DNA of 64,000 nucleotides from an uncultured Thermoleophilia bacterium. GTDB taxonomy: Bacteria; Actinomycetota; Thermoleophilia; Gaiellales; Gaiellaceae. A program made the translations under genes and the position numbers. Shown here piece after piece: positions 59,553-64,000 of the stretch (positions are counted from its first letter, which is position 1; every line of letters starts with the position of its first letter). Under the pieces are notes generated by a model. That model was not told where the DNA came from. It ran no database searches and saw nothing but the letters and a program-made list of their open reading frames with translations. The DNA lies in the NCBI GenBank assembly GCA_963734565.1, contig CAVTHM010000003.1:139610-203609 (forward strand), written 5' to 3'.

Positions 59553-60656
59553 GTGGATCGCGAGCAAGCACTCGACGTCGCCCTGAGCCAGATCGAGCGG
59601 CAGTACGGCAAGGGGTCGGTCATGAAGATGAGCGACCAGGCGCACGTGTCGACAGGGGCAGTGTCGACCGGCTCGCTCTCACTCGATCTCGCGCTGGGCG
59701 TGGGCGGCTTGCCGCGCGGCCGCATCGTCGAGATCTTCGGCCCGGAGTCCTCGGGGAAGACGACGCTCGTCTACCACGTGATCGCAGAGGCGCAGCGGCA
59801 AGGCGGCATCTGCGCGTTCATCGACGCCGAGCACGCGATGGACCCGATCTACGCGCGCAAGATCGGCGTCAACACCGACGACCTGCTCGTGTCGCAGCCC
59901 GACCACGGGGAGCAGGCGCTCGAGATCGCCGAGCTGCTCGTGCGCTCCGGCGCACTGGACGTCGTCGCCGTCGACTCCGTCGCGGCGCTGACGCCGAAGG
60001 CCGAGATCGAGGGCGAGATGGGCGACAGCCACGTGGGCTTGCAGGCGCGCCTCATGTCGCAGGCGCTGCGCAAGCTGGCCGGCACGCTCAACCGCACCGA
60101 CACGATCTGCATCTTCACGAACCAGCTGCGCGAGAAGATCGGCGTGATGTTCGGCAACCCGGAGACGACGCCGGGCGGCCGCGCGCTCAAGTTCTACTCG
60201 TCGGTCCGGCTCGACATCCGCCGCATCGAGACGCTGAAGGACGGGGTGGAGGCATTCGGCAACCGCGTACGCGTCAAGGTGGTCAAGAACAAGGTCGCGC
60301 CGCCGTTCAAGCAGGCCGAGTTCGACATCATCTACGGCTCCGGCATCCCGTGGGAGGGCACGCTGCTCGACACCGGGATCGACCGCAAGATCGTGCAGAA
60401 GTCGGGCTCGTTCTTCAGCTTCGAGGACGAGCGGCTCGGCCAGGGGCGCCAGAACGCGACGGCGTTCCTGCGCGAGCACCCGGACCTCGGGCAGAAGATC
60501 CTCGCGAAGCTGCAGGCCGAGCTCGGGCCGGACCAGGTCGTGTCGGCGCGGCTCGAGACGCCACCTGCCTCCGCGAACGGGGATGCTCCGGCAGTGGACG
60601 AGCCGGCCGAGGTCATTGCAGAGGAAGAAGAGGTCGTCGCCGCCGCCAAGAAGTAA
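59553..60656 (+). CDS. recA: recombinase RecA
   Basis: Translation reads ..IE.QYGKGS.MK........[70 protein letters not shown]... Confidence 0.97.
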   Translation: MDREQALDVALSQIERQYGKGSVMKMSDQAHVSTGAVSTGSLSLDLALGVGGLPRGRIVEIFGPESSGKTTLVYHVIAEAQRQGGICAFIDAEHAMDPIYARKIGVNTDDLLVSQPDHGEQALEIAELLVRSGALDVVAVDSVAALTPKAEIEGEMGDSHVGLQARLMSQALRKLAGTLNRTDTICIFTNQLREKIGVMFGNPETTPGGRALKFYSSVRLDIRRIETLKDGVEAFGNRVRVKVVKNKVAPPFKQAEFDIIYGSGIPWEGTLLDTGIDRKIVQKSGSFFSFEDERLGQGRQNATAFLREHPDLGQKILAKLQAELGPDQVVSARLETPPASANGDAPAVDEPAEVIAEEEEVVAAAKK

Positions 60657-60663
60657 CCCGACC

Positions 60664-61257
60664 GTGACGGGCCTGCACGAGGCTCGGCGAGGTCAGGTCG
60701 CCGTCGAGCTCGACGGCGAGTCGTGGCGCGTGCTGCCTGTGCAGGCCGTGGCCGACGCAGGCCTCTGGGTCGGGTGCACGCTCGACCGCGAGCGGGCACG
60801 GGGGCTGGCGCGCGGCCGGCGGCGCACAGCGGCGCTCGCGGCGGCCGGATCGGCGCTGCGGCGGCGGGCCCTCTCTGAGTGGGAGCTCGACGTCCGCCTT
60901 CAGCGACGCGGTGTGTCCGGCGGCGACCGGGAAGAGGCACGCCGCACGCTCGTCGCCGCGGGCTACCTGGACGATGCACGTTTTGCGGCCGCGCGTGCTG
61001 CATCGCTCTCCGAGCGGGCGAGCGGGGACGCGCTCATCCGACAGGACCTCGAGCAGCGTGGCATCGCACCGGAGCTGATCGAGGAGGCGCTGTCCGCGCT
61101 TCCGCCTGAGAGCCAGCGCGTGCGTGACGAGCTCCGTCGGCGTGGAAACGGCCCGGCGACGCTCCGGCGCCTGGCCGCGCGCGGCTTCGCGCCCGAGCTG
61201 CTGGACGATCTTGCAGCCGCGCCCGTTGCACCGCCGGACGACGACGTTGTACGATAG
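60664..61257 (+). CDS. recX: recombination regulator RecX
   Basis: Immediately follows recA. Repeated three-helix modules (..RRALSEWELDVRLQRRGVS.....R.L.A.GYLDD.RFA.A.........G...I...L..RGI..). The GTG at 60664 is in frame in ORF 60583-61257. Confidence 0.8.
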   Translation: MTGLHEARRGQVAVELDGESWRVLPVQAVADAGLWVGCTLDRERARGLARGRRRTAALAAAGSALRRRALSEWELDVRLQRRGVSGGDREEARRTLVAAGYLDDARFAAARAASLSERASGDALIRQDLEQRGIAPELIEEALSALPPESQRVRDELRRRGNGPATLRRLAARGFAPELLDDLAAAPVAPPDDDVVR

Positions 61258-61507
61258 GCGCAGCCTCACACGACAAAGAGCCTGCATAACGCGGTTTTCC
61301 ATTCGTTCCTGACTCCGATCACTTGACTCCAAGCGACCCAGCATCGTCCGACGAGAAACGACCCAGTAGACACCTGAGCCGCTTCTAGCTGGACCCTGAC
61401 GGGCCCCTCGGGCTCCGCTTCACCCATCGCGTTGTGCGGTCCATTGCCGGACTGAGGCTTCAGCGCGCCAACGCGAGCCCGGACGCCCGGGAGAAAGGCT
61501 GGAGCCG

Positions 61508-63040
61508 ATGCTGATCGTGACGGGGATCCTGATCGGGCTCCTGCTCGGTGCAGCCGTCGTGCTCATCATCCTGCGCTCGGCCGCCGGAGCACGCGCCACG
61601 GCCGCTCACCGGACACGCGACGAGCTCCTCGAGGAGGCGACGCGCCAGGCGGAGACGATCCGCCGTGAGGCGCACATCGAGGCGCGCGAGCAGGCGGTCA
61701 AGGTGCGCGCCGAGCTGGAACGGGAGCTGAACGACCAGCGCGCGCGGCTGCAGAAAAGCGAGGAGCGGCTGCTGTCCCGCGAGGACGAGCTCGAGCGGAA
61801 GAACGTCGAGCTCGAACGCCGCGAACAGGGCGTCGCCGACCGCGAGGAGCACGCGAAGCAGCTGCAGCTCGAGCTGAAGGAGGCGAACGAGCGCGAGGTG
61901 CACCTGCTCGAGTCGATCGCCGGCATGACCGTCGGCGAGGCGAAGGCGATGCTGCTCGAGCGCTCGGAGGATCTGATCCGGCACGAGCTCGCGCGGCGTG
62001 TGCGCCAGCACGAGGAGGAGGCGCAGGCCGAGGCGAGGAGGCGCGCGCGCAACCTCGTCGCCGACGCGCTGCAGCGGGTCGCCGCGAGCCACGCCGCCGA
62101 GACGACGGCCTCGGTGATCGAGCTCCCGTCCGACGACATGAAGGGCCGCATCATCGGCCGCGAGGGCCGCAACATCCGTACGCTCGAGCACCTGACCGGC
62201 GTCGACGTGATCGTCGACGACACGCCCGAGTCGGTCGTCCTGTCGTCGTTCGACGGCATCCGCCGCGAGATCGCGAAGCTCACGCTCCAGCGCCTGATCG
62301 AGGACGGCCGGATCCACCCGGCGCGGATCGAGGAGATGTACTACCAGGCGAAAGCGGAAATCGAAGAGCACATGCGCGAGGCGGGCGCGCAGGCCGTCTT
62401 CGAGGCCAACTGCGGCGACTTCCACGAGGAGATCGTCAAGCTCCTCGGTCGGCTGCACTACCGCACGAGCTACGGCCAGAACGTCCTCAAGCACACACTC
62501 GAGGTCGTCCACCTCGCCGGCCTGATGGCCGCGGAGCTCGGCGCGAACGTGAAGGTGGCGAAGCGCGCCGCGATGCTCCACGACCTTGGGAAGGCCCTGA
62601 CGCACGAGGTCGAAGGCTCGCACGCCGCCATATCGGCCCAGTACGCGAAACGATACGGCGAGTCGGCCGCGGTCGTGCACGCGATCGAGGCGCACCACTA
62701 CGAGATCCAGCCGCAGACCGTCGAGGCGGTGCTCCTGATCGCCTCCGACGCCATCTCCGGCTCGCGGCCGGGCGCCCGCGGCGACAGTCTCGAGAACTAC
62801 GTCAAGCGGCTCGAGGCGCTGGAGGAACTGGCCGCCAAGCACCCGGGCGTCGAGAAGGTGTACGCGCTCCAGGCCGGCCGCGAGATCCGCGTGATCGTCA
62901 AGCCCGGCGAGGTGGACGACGACACGGCCGTGCTCCTCTCGTTCGAGATCGCCCGCGACATCGAGGAGCATCTCGAGTACCCGGGGCAGATCAAGGTGAC
63001 CGTCATCCGCGAGTCGCGCGCCGTCGAGTTCGCCAAGTAG
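61508..63040 (+). CDS. rny: ribonuclease Y
   Basis: N-terminal TM helix, a coiled-coil, KH (..D.MKGRIIGREGRNIR.LE..TGVD.I.DDTPE.V.LS.FD..RREIA...) and HD (..LL..L.YRTSYGQNVL.H..EV.HLAG.MA.ELG......KRA..LHD.GKA..). Confidence 0.92.
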   Translation: MLIVTGILIGLLLGAAVVLIILRSAAGARATAAHRTRDELLEEATRQAETIRREAHIEAREQAVKVRAELERELNDQRARLQKSEERLLSREDELERKNVELERREQGVADREEHAKQLQLELKEANEREVHLLESIAGMTVGEAKAMLLERSEDLIRHELARRVRQHEEEAQAEARRRARNLVADALQRVAASHAAETTASVIELPSDDMKGRIIGREGRNIRTLEHLTGVDVIVDDTPESVVLSSFDGIRREIAKLTLQRLIEDGRIHPARIEEMYYQAKAEIEEHMREAGAQAVFEANCGDFHEEIVKLLGRLHYRTSYGQNVLKHTLEVVHLAGLMAAELGANVKVAKRAAMLHDLGKALTHEVEGSHAAISAQYAKRYGESAAVVHAIEAHHYEIQPQTVEAVLLIASDAISGSRPGARGDSLENYVKRLEALEELAAKHPGVEKVYALQAGREIRVIVKPGEVDDDTAVLLSFEIARDIEEHLEYPGQIKVTVIRESRAVEFAK

Positions 63041-63062
63041 CGAGGGCTACCATCAGACGCCG

Positions 63063-64000
63063 ATGAGGCGGTATTTCGTCACCACGTTCGGCTGCCAGAT
63101 GAACGCCCACGACTCCGAGCGCATCAAGGGCACGCTCGAGTCGCTCGGGCTCGGCGAGGCGCCGTCGCGCGAGCAGGCGGACATCCTCGTGTTCAACACC
63201 TGCACGATCCGCGAGAAGCCGGACACGAAGTTCGCCGCCTACATGGGCGACGCGGCCGCGCAGAAGCGGCGCGACCCGGAGACGATCGTGGCCGTCGGCG
63301 GCTGCTACGCGGAGGCGCAGCGCGAGCGGCTGTTCGACCTCTATCCGTTCGTGGACGTCGCATTCGGGCCGGGCACGATCCCGCACCTGTCCGACTGGAT
63401 CGGCGCGAACGGCGAGGGCGTCGCCCGCTCGCAGTTCGGCATCGCGGAGGAGCGCTCGTTCTCGGCCGTGCTGCCGATGCACCGCGAGCGCCGCTTCCAG
63501 GCCTGGGTGCAGGTGTCGATGGGCTGCAACTCGACGTGCGCGTACTGCATCGTCCCGGCCGTCCGCGGCCGCGAGGTGAGCCGCCGGCCCGGCGAGATCG
63601 TCGCCGAGATCACAGGGCTGGCACGCCAGGGCGTGCGTGAGGTGACGCTGCTCGGCCAGAACGTCAACTCGTGGGGCCGCGACCTGCGCCCGGGGATCGC
63701 GACCGAGTTCGGCGAGCTGCTGCGTGCCGTGGACGCGATCGACGGCATCGACCGGATCCGCTTCACCAGCCCGCACCCGAAGGACTTCCGCGAGCCGGTC
63801 ATCGCGGCGATGGCCGTGTGCGACGCCGTCTGCGAGCACATCCACCTGCCGCTGCAGTCGGGCTCGACGCGCATCCTCAAGGCAATGCGCCGCACCTACT
63901 CGGCGGAGCGGTACATCGCGCTCGCCGGGCGACTGCGCGCCGCCGTGCCGGATCTCGCGCTCGGCACCGACATCATCGTCGGCTTCCCGGGCGAGACCGA
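63063..64000 (+). CDS. miaB: tRNA-2-methylthio-N6-dimethylallyladenosine synthase (radical SAM methylthiotransferase); 3' end lies outside the window
   Basis: My own translation from ATG 63063 reads MRRYFVTTFGCQMNAHDSERIKG..ADILVFNTCTIREKP......GGCYA.. with radical-SAM motif ..SMGCNSTCAYCIVP... It is absent from the ORF track because it runs off the window. Confidence 0.85.
   Translation, partial: MRRYFVTTFGCQMNAHDSERIKGTLESLGLGEAPSREQADILVFNTCTIREKPDTKFAAYMGDAAAQKRRDPETIVAVGGCYAEAQRERLFDLYPFVDVAFGPGTIPHLSDWIGANGEGVARSQFGIAEERSFSAVLPMHRERRFQAWVQVSMGCNSTCAYCIVPAVRGREVSRRPGEIVAEITGLARQGVREVTLLGQNVNSWGRDLRPGIATEFGELLRAVDAIDGIDRIRFTSPHPKDFREPVIAAMAVCDAVCEHIHLPLQSGSTRILKAMRRTYSAERYIALAGRLRAAVPDLALGTDIIVGFPGET

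Overview
Very GC-rich bacterial chromosome segment; third codon positions are almost all G/C, which creates many long spurious ORFs in alternative and antisense frames. Gene content and order are typical of a core housekeeping region of a high-GC Gram-positive organism. It looks like a deep-branching Actinobacteria type (Thermoleophilia/Rubrobacteria), because RNase Y and RNase J co-occur with a Firmicute-like cinA-recA-rny order; this placement is inference only.

Recognisable blocks, left to right:
- carB(3' end)-pyrK-pyrD
- mihF-gmk-rpoZ-coaBC
- MoxR/DUF58/transglutaminase operon
- dtd
- rimP-nusA-ylxR-infB
- DUF503-rbfA-nrnA-truB-ribF
- rpsO-pnp-M16 peptidase-dapB
- dapA
- an HD-GYP protein
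- rnj
- a large cyclase/beta-propeller/PBP fusion
- ftsK
- a BMP-family (nucleoside-type) ABC operon
- rodZ-like-cinA-thpR-recA-recX-rny-miaB(5' part)

I recognised no rRNA, tRNA, CRISPR array, transposase or phage genes.

Most notable observations:
1. A MerB-like (alkylmercury lyase family) gene has an in-frame TGA that appears to fall on the catalytic-Cys column. An fdhF-type SECIS-like hairpin follows it, making it a candidate selenoprotein.
2. An identical 23-24 bp AT-rich palindromic cassette occurs three times, once in frame inside coaBC.
3. A 163-bp rod-like inverted-repeat element flanked by TA sits exactly on the nrnA stop codon (MITE-like or structured RNA).
4. A cluster of about 100-bp hairpin repeats lies upstream of ftsK.
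5. A strong intrinsic terminator lies in the leader of rimP-nusA.
6. Several local frame disruptions lie between 47.6 and 52.9 kb.
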